Of a DNA stretch of 64,000 nt, positions 1 through 11,699 are shown piece after piece. This DNA comes from Takakia lepidozioides (taxonomy: Eukaryota; Plantae; Bryophyta): positions 47,244,001-47,308,000 of the forward strand of contig CM060734.1 of assembly GCA_030704615.1 (NCBI GenBank), given 5' to 3'. The notes beneath the pieces were generated by a model. It saw nothing but the letters and a program-made list of their open reading frames with translations. It had not been told where the DNA came from and made no database searches. The translations under genes and the position numbers were made by a program. Every line of letters starts with the position of its first letter. The first letter of the stretch is position 1.

Positions 1-2744
1 CTTACTTGTTCATTGACAAAATCTAAATTAGCAAGTCATACTTTTAGGTTGTTTTCAAGATACAGCAGTAATGCATGCTCATCATTACTAGAAGGATGAG
101 AGCACCAGAGAACTCCTCTGAGATGGTTGTCTGGAAGACACCACAGGAAGGTCAAACACATTGCACTTCAGCAGTGAAAGGAAACCTATTATAAAATTGT
201 TTGGCTGCACCATTCTTCTTTTGAAGTGTAGTGCTGTTAGGTTTAGTGAATATCTCCCAGTGGTTTGAGACATTCACAAAACAGACGATTCAGCCTAAGC
301 ATTTCAAAGTTTTTTTGAAGAAGAGTTAGCAATTCTGCATGCTAGAGTGTCTAACATAAAAATTGTGGGCCTCATGCAGTTGGCCACGGACCGATGTATA
401 ATGTGCTTTCTGTTTCTTATTGTTGGTGGTGTAATTGCGATTATTGTTGTCAAGGTTAAGCATCCTACAGTTCCTGTTCATGCATTTCTGGATATATGTG
501 TTCGAACCTGACTGGTAATAATAGTGATAAGCTACTGATAGGGCACCACCATACTATGTTGGGTTTTATGTGTACTTCTGCAACTACTTGGTGAGGTTTA
601 ATTTGCCTGCTAACATGCTCAAGGTCATTTGACATCAGTATATTTTGCACTGGTCATAACCCCCCAACTCATCTACATATTCATTTGAGTTTGCCCCATT
701 GTAAATATGAGGAGGTTGTGGGTGCAGATTGTTCATCCAAAGAACAAGAGCATCCAGCTTCCCGGTCTGACACCGCCTGCCAGCAACCGCAGGCTGTTGT
801 TGTCATTGTTGGACTTGGAGCAAGCACTGTGAGCCACAAGCTCAATGTGTGCCAACCTTATAGGCTACCTTGATCTTATGTTTCTTGTTTTCAGTTTGTT
901 TGGTTTCTTACCTGTAAAGGACATCACAGTTGATTTCCCTTTGGGTGTACTTCACTTCAAGAGCGGAGAAAAGTAAGGGGTAGGCAGTTTGTGGCTGACT
1001 GTTTGTGGTCCGAGCTGGTTTGATCTGTAATCTTTGTTGACTTCCATATACTGAGACGTTGTAACTTCAGAGTTGGAAGTGGGTGCCCTTGTCAGCATGT
1101 ATTTGCAAGTGGTGACCCATACTCCAGTAAGTTTTCTTGCCAGAAGTTTTAGTTGGGAGACCTCTAGTGATTGTCTATTGAGCTCTATGTGGGGCATGGC
1201 ATTCAGGTATGTCTCTAGAAAGTCTTGACGGCACCTTATTTTGGTGCATCAAAAGTGTGTTCTCTTTCACTTTTCGTGAATGTTTCTGGAAAGTATTTCC
1301 ACCAATCCATTCCTGTTCTTATGGTGATTGGATTGGATTCTTATGGCTTTCTTGCTTCTTGTCATCAAGGTGGTTTCCAATATTACTGAGCCCACAGGAA
1401 GGGAAATGTAGAGGTTTTATCAGGTGTTTTAAGGCTTACTGTTTGTCTAGCACACTGCAACCTTGAGCTGGTAATTTGATTATTTTCTGTTGTGCAGTGG
1501 TTTGAAATGCAGTGATGCTTACTCTGAGCACATGCACTGGAAATCCCATCATGGAAATGTGTTCCAGTAAAAGGCCACACACAGGCCTCATAGTGGTCCC
1601 AGATCTGAGCCATGGCAGGAAATTTTATCGCATTGGACCAGATATCAAATTTCTCAGCAACAATAGAATAATCCTGGGATGGCTAAGAACATTCTGTGGC
1701 ACATCCCTTGAGTAAGTTCTGGTCAAATCTAAACTCAGTGGTACTAATGGGTGGTGGAAACATTTTTCATCGGAGGTGCAGGATGCCTTCTGGATGCAGT
1801 TGCTTCCAACTCGTTTGCTTAAATCTCAATAGGAGTGAAACTTGATTCCCTAATTTGTTTACTATGGATGGGAACTATCCTAATGACAAGGAAAGATTTA
1901 GTTTGGCGCGGCCGACCATTGGGACAATGCCTGGGCTAGTGCCCAGATGTTGTAGAAACCGGGACCCTCTTCTTTGAACTGCACCATCTTCATTACTTAC
2001 ATCATTCTTTCAACAGCTGCAGTGGAGTAGAGAAGCTTATATACATGGTTGATTTCGTGCATTCAGGATACGTGCACTATGGATTGAAAATAATACAGTT
2101 AATCACCATTAATTTTCTTTTTGGGGGGCAAGGTGGCAACCACAATGCCCTAGTCCTCGCCTTGTCCTCATTCCAAATGGTAGCTCCTACAGGTGAAGTT
2201 TGTTTGTTGAACGTCCAGCAATTACTGCTCAACACAAAGCCCATTGAGGGGACAATAGGGGGTTGAAGGCATACATTGAACCCCTCATCATTCACCTGCT
2301 CAAGTGCAATGTTATCTACCAAGACTTCAAAAAAGATCCCAAGTGGCACGTTGCAAATAAACCGAACAGAGCTGAGTGAATAACTGTTAATGGCAATACA
2401 TAACAGATCATAAGCTAGCCAGCCAAGTTCCTCATGGGGACACTTTTACGCCTTTGTACGGTCACCTTGGGTCTTTTTATAAAACTATGTGGATATTAAA
2501 GTTATCCGTTAAGTCCCCTCTTTGACCCTCTGATCGATCCCCACATGCGGCTTTGGTGGGTAGTTTGAGCCTATCCGTCAAGTCGAATAAATTGGGCAGG
2601 ACTCAAGTAATCTGGGCACGAGAGAGGAACAAAGTGGCCTTGCTTTGTGCCCCTTGGAAGGTCAACATGATGGGAGCATGGGCCAGCGTCAGGCTCATCC
2701 ATGTGTCTCAGCGCGGGGCGTCGCGGAGGAAGATGGGATCAAAC

Positions 2745-2910
2745 CAATGTTGTGCAGGTACCCGCTTAGGCGGGTTGGAACCGGCGGCCCAGGCACCAGA
2801 ACCGGAACTGGGGAAGCAGGGACGAGCCGGTTCCAGAACCGGAACCGACGGGTGCGGGTTTTTCCAGGAACTGGGGGGCTAGTGGCAGTTCCAGATCCGG
2901 TTCCCACACT
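2745..2910. mobile_element. Possible small hAT-like MITE rich in GGAACCGG/GGTTCC motifs
   Basis: Starts CAATGTTG and ends CCCACACTA (loosely inverted, hAT-like). Many internal (G)GAACCGG repeats. No TSD found. Confidence 0.3.
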
Positions 2911-2984
2911 AGGGTTTTTTTTTTTTTTTTTTTCGAGATCTGTCGTCTCTCACGCGCGATCTGCTGCAGTAGCGCGATTTTAGC

Positions 2985-3152
2985 CCGGGTGAGGGAGCAA
3001 CGCGGGAGAAAGGATCAGATCAGCGCACAAGCGCGTGGGGGAGGGAGCAGCACATAGCAGCGCGAGAGGAGGGATTAGATCAGCGCACCAGCGCGTGGGG
3101 GAGGGAGCAGCGCCTCAGCGCGTGAGGGAGGGAGCAGCGTAGCAGCGCGGGG
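2985..3152. repeat. GC-rich ~60-bp tandem repeat (GATCAGCGCACxAGCGCGTGGGGGAGGGAGCAGC)
   Basis: Two near-identical units about 60 bp apart plus partial copies. Confidence 0.7.
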
Positions 3153-4196
3153 GCGATGTAGCAGCATTTTATTTATTTATTTATTTATTTTGTTTGGTTT
3201 TCCTGCTTCTGTGGTCTCACACCTCCACCTGCGGGATGTGCTGGAAGCTTGCCCTACGTTTGGAGGAGCTAGTTCTTGGTGCCTAGTTCTTGGTTTTGCT
3301 CCGACATTCTATGAGAAAGAGAGAGAGAGAGCGGGTGGTGAGGGGGCGGGGTGTAAAGGAGATTCTTCCTTGTCCAGAGACCTGAACTATTTATATCTTG
3401 GTATTATCTAGAGCAATTTGCAAAGATTTGATGGAGGAACAGAAGAACATAAGTGTGAATGAAAGGAATGAGCGTTGTGACATGAGTGTGCCATGTGGAG
3501 CTGAATGTGGATGCACAAGTTTTGCAACAGAAGGGAGTAGGTTCTCTAGGTTAATTGCCTTTGGCCAACTTAAGAAAGCAAATTTGGATGATTTCTGCGT
3601 AGGAAGGGCTATTGTGGCGCAAGGTCACACCACGTACAGGTCAATACCTCTGTATATCCTGATGTCTCTTGTAAGGTGCTTTGTTTTTCAGTAATGTATT
3701 TGAAGGGTTGAGCTAATGTCAAGTACTTGATAACATGATGTTGTGTTGTAGTATTGATGAGGATCTGATGAGGGCAGTAACACCTGTAGCTCCTTCAAGA
3801 TCAGGGAGGGCAGCTGGAGTGTTGATCTGATAAGGCTCAGTGTGCAACGGCGCCCTTAATGATGAATCAATAAGATCTACAGTAGAGAGGTTTTACACTA
3901 CGTTGTTTGTCAACTATGTTTGTCTTATGAATTTGGTCTCCATCTTCTCTCTAGTATGTCTCCTGACTTTGAGACTATTCTAGGAGATTCTTTGGAATAT
4001 CTAAGATTGGTGACTGATGAATATCAGCATACCAGCTCTATTAAAGAATGTAGCTAGCATGTTTGTTAGTATGTGCTAGAGCCAAATTCCATATTTGGCA
4101 TATTCTCTCGGGGATGTTCTAGAACTATGGGGTATGGACAGATCAAATAACAATTTAGGTAGTGGTTACCTATGTGAAAATTTGTGACTGCTGCAG

Positions 4197-4932
4197 GAAG
4201 ATTTGTGACTACTGCATTTCTACGAACGCTTGACAAGGGGAGAGTAGAAGGACAGAGACATTGAAGAAATTGCATGTAGAATTTGCAGTGTGACCAATGA
4301 GTTGCAAGTCACTACGTTGAATAACGAAGTCACCAAGAGCTACGAAGATTTGTGACTACTGCATTTCTACGATATCTCTGTCCTTCCGCTTTCCCCTTGC
4401 AAGCGTTCCTGATGCTGCAAGGGGAGAGCAGAAGGACAGAGACATTGACGAAATTGCATGTAGAAATTGCAGTGTGACCAGTGAGTTAAACGTTACTGCA
4501 AGTCACTACGTTGAACCACGAAGTCACCAAGAGCTACGAAGATTTGTGACTACTGCATTTCTATGATGTCTCTGTCCTTCCACTTTCCCCTTGTCAAGCG
4601 TTCCTGATGCTGCAAGGGGAGAGCGGAAGCACAGAGACATTGAAGAAATTGCATGTAGAATTTGCAGTGTGACCAGTGAGTTACTGCAAGTCACTACGTT
4701 GAACCACGAAGTCACCAAGAGCTACCAACGTATCTTGATTTACAAAGTCACCAAGAGCTACGAAGGTATCTTGATCTACGAAGTCACCAAGAGCTACGAA
4801 AGGATCTTGATCTACAAAGTCACCAAGACCAACGAAGTACGAGCTACTAAAGGATCTTGATCTAGTACGAGCTACGAAGAGATCTTGATCTACGAAGCAA
4901 CCAAGAGCGATGAGCTACGAGTCACTACGTTG
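4197..4932. repeat. Compound tandem repeat: three ~194-bp hairpin-containing units followed by ~36-bp units
   Basis: GAAGATTTGTGACTACTGC recurs at 4197, 4344 and 4538 (first unit internally deleted). Then ACGAAGTCACCAAGAGCTACGAAGGTATCTTGATCT-type units run to ~4930. Confidence 0.9.
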
Positions 4933-5499
4933 AATTGTAGCACTCCTCATACTAGTGTCACGTCACCATTGTCTTCCGGCTTCTAATAGGTGTTTGCAAC
5001 TGTGAAGTCACTTTCAGGAGATTGACGTGGCACTTCTCATATGACTGTCATGCTCCTATTGCTTCCCTGCTTCGAATAGGTGTTATATACATGTAGCATT
5101 GATCTCTACGCTATTCACAAGGGCCTGTAAATGTTCCCTCATTATAGTATGAGTGGGGTTGGCTGGGGGGGGGGGGTGCTAAGGTCCTTGCTTTTAGCTT
5201 AGTTAGTTGGAGACATGCTAGTCATAAGAAAAGTAAAGGTACTTATTGAGACTTTAGTCAGGTTGCTTAAGACGTATCATTATATAAGTACTCATAGGAG
5301 AGCCCATATGCGTAATCAGCTCTATCAATTGGTCTAAGGCAATTTTGCCAGGTATAATTTTCGAGTACAAGTAAAGGCAGCTACTTCCTCTGCTTCTGAT
5401 GATTCAATTTACAGGTGAACCTAAGTGGGATTGAGATGATTTTTGTGCCAGCAATATAAGGCTCATCACATTGCAAAATAGTTTAGGAGGGAAGGAGGG

Positions 5500-7260
5500 G
5501 CAGCTGTATAATGGAAAATTCCCGAGAAGTTGTTCTCCACTATTTCAAGGAATCCTCCTTCAGCAAAACTGTCCTAATCCTCTGACAGATAAGCAAGATC
5601 TTCCCAATTTAATATCCACTGACAACCAAACCATCACCATGTTAAGCTTGAACATGAATTCAAGGTCGCAAATTTTAACTACAATTGTCAGCTGCTACTC
5701 AGGCCAATGTCCTCAGGTTGAGAGGTCCATGCAAAACCCCATGTTATCTCCTGACCTTCTTTTCTACCACCTGCATCCAGCAATCGGTGGTTGGCCATCT
5801 CTTTTTCTGCAGCGCTGTCAAAGTCCCTCCACATTGCCACATTCAAAATGATTAAAAAGGGACAGAGATAACATTCCACTGAAATTCAGACTGACTGACT
5901 CCAAATTATCTTATGCTGCTGAAGAGTGGAAGCACCAAAACACTCAGCACCAGTCGCGGTCCACAGGAAACCCACTGTGTAAGGAACCTTTATAACCTGC
6001 CCACACATGCCTTAAAAGTAACACATGAGACTTTGCATGAGGGCAGCTCACCCAAGGAGGGTAATTAGATCAATTCTCAATCCAAAGGGCCTCCTTCAAC
6101 TGCTTAAGTCTGCAGTCTGGTGATCTTGGACTTTTCTGTTAGAGCCTCCCGTGGGCAGCTAAGCAGCCATTGAAGGGAATGGCCTCAATGGCTGCTCACA
6201 ACCTCGCACAACCACCAATGCTCAAAGTCTCTTGCAGCTACCAGGGCAGAACCTTAAGCAATCTACCTGCATGCCCTGCTAATATAGAAGGAAGAAAAAC
6301 CTATTGTTGGTGATAGCACAGTGCGAAAGCCAATTTGCTTGGATGCAGAGAAAAATCAATCAAGTAAAGCACATAGATACAAGGATACACCCTGTACCCA
6401 CAGTGCACACCTTCATTTCTTCAATACATAATGAACAAAAACAGCTCCTCAACTACATAGGAATGTCCCATCATCCTCTACAAGTGGGGCATCTACCACT
6501 CCTCGAGACTATGAAGACAAAGACATTACACAATAAAGACAAAGAATACCTCACCTTCTGAAGGCGTCTCGGGGCATCAATTCGAGTGGAACACTGAGGG
6601 CATGGAAACATGTAGTGTTGTCTCTCAACATCCCAATGTTGAAGTAGCTCATCGCACCTAGCTGCACAACATTGCTACATCTTGCCATGTGTGCCTCTCC
6701 TCCTCTTGCAAGGCTCTTGCCATTGCATCTCTCTCCTCTAGAGAATCCTCCAGAAAATCCTTCCCTCTATAGCACAGTGAACTCCTTGTCTCGGGCTAGG
6801 AGACTGCCCCCCTGTTAATTTGATGCCAGCAATAACAAAATTCAGTCTTAAGGCATAGCAAGAGAGGCTAGAGCTTGAAATTGACCTGCTAAACCATTAG
6901 GCAAATATCTAACAACTCTTCCATATCCTGCAACACACCAAATTTGAAGGGTGGAGATATTACTCACCTTTCATACTTCACAGATCCATTGAGATTCAAC
7001 AAAGACATTGCCCCAGCAAGGGCCCGGTAATTACATGTCTTGCCACCCCTGTGGGTCTCACAACAAGGTTGTCTCATACAGCTGGATAATCTGGTCAATA
7101 ACAATTCCAACCTGCCCATATTTGAGACAGAAAAATGGAATACCAGACTTCATCATTTTAAAACCATCCTCCCTGTCACAAAGTGAACAGCCAGTGCCAC
7201 AAAGAATAGACAACTAGGGGGCTGGCAGTTCAGCAGTAAAGAGCCCCACCCATAGGGTCT
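5500..7260 (-). pseudogene. Highly degenerate CACTA/EnSpm-type transposase relic (copy C)
   Basis: Minus strand ~6660-6556 reads RCDELLQHWDVERQHYMFPCPQCSTRIDAPRRLQK|GT, matching copy B KCAELSENWDHHRGLYSFPCPECATLIESPKLYHK|GT including the donor site. ~7200-7120 reads CGTGCSLCDREDGFKMMKSGIPFFCL vs copy B CGGWCQTCAKCGKMRKDVLAFEYL. Boundaries approximate. Confidence 0.6.
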
Positions 7261-9141
7261 AGAGCAAGGCATTGACTGAGAACAGATGTTCTTCTGTTTA
7301 AAAGAGGCAGCAATGGATTTTGTCACCTTCCAGCCTTCTTTTATCATTTAATATTGTGGTTACCATGGGCTCCTGATTCCTGAGAAAAGCCAAAGCAACC
7401 GAGAAAATCTGGACATAGTTGTCACTCTGAGTTTGAGAATCCATACTCTTGTGCAAACAACAAGCAGCAAGCAGGGCAGGTCTTGACCTTGGGTTCCAGC
7501 CATCCGCTCGTTGTTGGTGTTATGCACACCCCTCTTTACCCCGATTTTCACGACTTCGCTTTTCTCCCACAACTTCACAACCACAGTAGCCAGCCCATTG
7601 AGTCCTCTGTTCCTCCCTGCTTGTCACACCATGCCAATGCTCAGATATTACCCAGGGCCATCTATGCACAAACCTTGCCCCAACATATCTGGACTCAGAA
7701 AATGCCTCGTTTGAATGTGCTTACAAACTGTTGGATGGATGGTCGAGCTGAGTTAATTAGGCCGTTATGAACCCATCTTCCTGCTCGCCGTTGCTGGCAC
7801 TTGGCCGGGTGTAGGGTCTGTGCATTTAACTTTGCACTTCCTACAGAGGTCCCCGGTTTCTTCATAATGCTTACTTATTATGCCATTGCCATCAGAATCT
7901 AGCTCCAATTCCCTCACATTGCGGCTTATAAGTTGGCTTTGTCATTTTTGGAGCTGTGCTTATCATGAACACTTGGTTCAAGGGTGTCCCCATTCATCTT
8001 TGATGAGAACTCCAGTGTGGATCTCAAGTAAGGTTTAGGGTTCTGAGATTGAAACTACCTATGTGGACAATTCTTGACTGCATCTTCTTCTGGTTTTGGC
8101 TGGTTAGGAGTGTATTGTGGAAAGCTTTGTCGCGCAAAATAGTGGTACTGGTCACTCATCAGTTCGATTCAGGTGAGCATACACACATTTCCTCCAATAT
8201 TGTCTCTATTTACAAGAAGAGGGAAGAATTTTTACTGGGAACCTGCAGATACAGCGGAGAGAAGAATTGAACACTTGGCTGGATTCAGGTTGATTGGACT
8301 GAAGATGCAACAAAGCTGACCACATAACTACATGCTCAATCACATATGCTGACATACATAGCCAACAGTATGAGTCACCATACATGGTACTATCCTTCAC
8401 CAGTACCTCATATCGCACCCCCAACAGGAGAATCCCACCGGATGGATGGATGGATGGACTTTGGAGAGTCCCACTGGATGCATGTGGAGAATTTACTCCA
8501 GATTAGATGGATGGATGAAACATGGACATTTGGTGTGGCGCGTGCGTCTACGTACGGTTTCTGCTGAAATCCTCTCTTCTACGGTGTGTCTACGGTGCGT
8601 CTACGGTGCCTTCTTTTGCGCGTTACCTCCTCATTCACTCTCCTGCAGCTCGTCGAGAGCGTTGGTGAGCATTATTTCTCCCGGGATGATCTCTGAGATA
8701 AGCCTTAGACATATTTCTTAGCTGGATGATTGTAGAGGTGCATTTAGCAACAATGTGACGTGTAACCCTATTCTTGCCGAATCAGGGAGCTGTTGATGTG
8801 ATAATTGTAAGACATGTTGTTTCACATGCAATGCCCCTTGGATACCTATTTCGAATTGACCAATCCAAGTCGTGACTGGTGAGCCTATAGATATCTGATT
8901 TTCTGTTCACTCACTTGAGCCGAATTAGTACCGCACTATATTCCAATTGTAGCTGTGCAGACTTCAAGTTTCAAGTTTCGCTAAAAGGTTGCAATTTATA
9001 ATGAATTATATTCTTACGCTAGAAGGCAGTAGCCCTTGTGGTGGAGTGACACCATAAATTACGCTCCCTTGGGGAGGCGTCATTATTATATTCTTATTTA
9101 ATCTCTATGACTGACGTTGTTGTTATGATCTGTGTCGACAG

Positions 9142-9672
9142 GAGAAGAGAAGAAGTGTCTGAACATATGGGACAAGGAAGGTACTAATGTTGGCCTTCAC
9201 TTCACTGAGTTAGTAGACTACTCTCTTACATCATACAGTGTGCAATGAGGAGCGATAGTAACCTTTAGTTTGTTTTCATACCCCCTTCATGTAGACTTCA
9301 TCCTCCTTCTTTCTTAAATGGGAATGTTCATCAAAGAAACATGTCCAGTGTTTGAAGCAGATGGAGTCCATTTACCTCCAAGATGGGTATGATTCTTGAC
9401 AAGTTCTGGGCACCCTCTCTTTAATTGTAGTTACGGTATGTCTGCTTCAACTATGGTATGGTACATCTGAGTTATTTTTCTTAAACACTTTGTGTTTGTC
9501 CAGATACAAGGGAAAGATCCAGCCAGTGGCGTGGCATATTTTTACAATGAAACAACAGGGCACAGCCAGTGGGAACATCCAGCTTCAACACTGGCGCCTT
9601 CTCTGCCGCCTCCTCCACCTGCTTTGCCATGCTTACCCCCAGATTGGCGAGAGACTTTGGATGAGGCCTCAG
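9142..9672 (+). pseudogene. Three-exon fragment of a plant PQBP1-like tandem WW-domain gene (exons 9142-9180, 9295-9386, 9504-9672)
   Basis: GT-AG splicing gives LPPRW|IQGKDPASGVAYFYNETTGHSQWEHP (WW1), a poly-Pro linker and LPPDWRETLDEASG (start of WW2). Needs a 1-nt frameshift near 9352. No upstream or downstream exons recognised. Confidence 0.75.
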
Positions 9673-9952
9673 GTATGCAACATGTAATCATTTCACCACA
9701 TTTCCTTTTGTATTCTTGCTTGAATGTACTCATGTAAGACTTGTTTGTCGTAGCCATTGACCCCGCGCCCAGTTGGAGCGGAACACAAAGGGACAGAAAC
9801 TACCTTTGTCCGGTACTGGCAGTATGACTTACCATCAAAAAGACAATTGCCTCGAAATTTCCAGACATCCTCTAAAAATTACTTAGAGTGAAAATATGAT
9901 CCACACAAGCCCCCTGTTTCTCCGGAAACCAGCTTGACCGTCATGGAAACAA

Positions 9953-10183
9953 CGAGTGTTGGACTGGTATCATGGTTTTTTGATACCACTAGGGTAAACG
10001 TATTGGGGTACAGTTGAATTATTGAAACCAGTATGGTACTGGTATCAAATGATGTGTAAATTTAATAGCCTGGTATGGTATACGGTATGGTATCAAAGTG
10101 AAAATCTGACTAGTATGGTATTAAACAAACTTTTAAAAGTCATACCAGCCTGGTATATGCCAGGTCTGGTACCAGCTACACTA
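9953..10183. mobile_element. Possible MITE with GGTAT/ATACC repeats
   Basis: Ends GAGTGTTGGACTGGTATC and GGTACCAGCTACACTA are imperfect inverted repeats. Many internal GGTAT copies. No TSD. Confidence 0.4.
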
Positions 10184-11699
10184 GTGCAACTGTTCTAACT
10201 CTTAAAAATAAATAAAAATAAAAATAAAAATGAAAATGGACGGAGGCCCTTTAAATCATATTACGATTTCAGCTATTCAAATGGCCATTTCAATAACTGT
10301 TCAAATGGCCATTTGAAAATATCCCAAATGGCCCCTAACTCTTTTCTATCACTCTTTAAGAGCATAAACTAACAAATTGCATTTCATCTACTCCTTTTCA
10401 AACACTTTAGCATCTTGTAACTCATCCTCATTGAAGTGCCCTCTTGAAAACGCTATATGTAGTTAGTATCCCTAACCTCAAACTACCCTAGACCCTACCC
10501 CTGCATCATGTCCCTCAACCGACGCATGCATGGTATTGGAGTGGTAGCGCAAGGAAGAAGACCCGACTGGTATGTTTTGCGCCAGGGTTTTAGAAGTCCA
10601 TGTATCCTACCCCACCAGGGTATTGCCGGATTTTGCCCATGTAGGTACCTGCATGGTATGATCCTTCATACCATTACCCTTACCCTAGTTGATGCCCATC
10701 CAAGACCTATATACCGGTCCAACACTAGAAATAACCTCTAGACTCCAGATCAACCTAAGACGAGTACTTGTAACTTTGCAAAATATCTTGCCAACAGCAT
10801 TGAGATTGAGTAATTTCTGCAATTTCAAGGGTCCACCACAAGTCTTGAAGGTATGTGACTGCCCCGATATCGTCCATTCTCGTCTATTCTTCATATTCGA
10901 TGTCTATTCCAAATTGCAACATATTCATTGACTACATCTTGTAATATTGGATGCTACATTGTAATGAACGATTGCCTTTGGAAAAGGTCATCTATGTTAA
11001 GAATTCCAGCACCCTCTAATCGCTTGGAAATAATCCTTAATAAAAACCACGACTCGTTCTTGGATGTGTCACCACCAATGCTCAATACGCTAAGAACATA
11101 GAAACAAATGCCACATGAGAAAACTACCACCACAAAATGACAATTCATTGACATAACATTCATTATTATAGGTTTTAAAACCAAATTTCACTATACAAAG
11201 AAATAGGTGGACCACCTAATTCGTTGACGATCCAGTCAAGAAAGGATTACGTGTGTCTATCTGCACATTCTCAATGTGCTCTTTGATCAAAACATGCTTC
11301 GCAACAAAATCCTAAGGAATCCGAATAGAGGGTCCAAAAACATCAACCGCCTCCTTGTACTATCCTTTGAGAATTGATTCCTGTTTTTTTTCCAACGCTA
11401 CTTTGGCCCACAACACATAATGTGATGCAGCGTCTATGCCAACATGTACATGAAAACCGTACATCACAAACTTGTCATATGTTGCACAAACAAGAAGTTT
11501 TACATTACATGTAATCTTTAAAATTCCTTTAGATGTTTTGAGAAAGATTTTCTATACATAATGTCTTGAGCTATATATCTGTTAGCTGCTGACCTATTTG
11601 CACTAGTAAGTCATATTTCCAAAATTGATGTACTTATTTGAGGTGTGCAGGGGTATGGAGCAAGGAATATGTAGCAATGTGGAGGAGGGAGCTTCATCA

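Noticed and set aside
1-2350. Continuation of transposase copy C
   Set aside because: Only weak scattered similarity; not supportable by eye.
10179-10190. CACTAGTG as the left terminus of CACTA copy A
   Set aside because: No matching right TIR or TSD found; it overlaps the end of the adjacent MITE-like element.
10508-10600. RNase H1 N-terminal-like motif (WYGVVAQGRRP)
   Set aside because: Needs a frameshift, and the rest of the domain is not recognisable.
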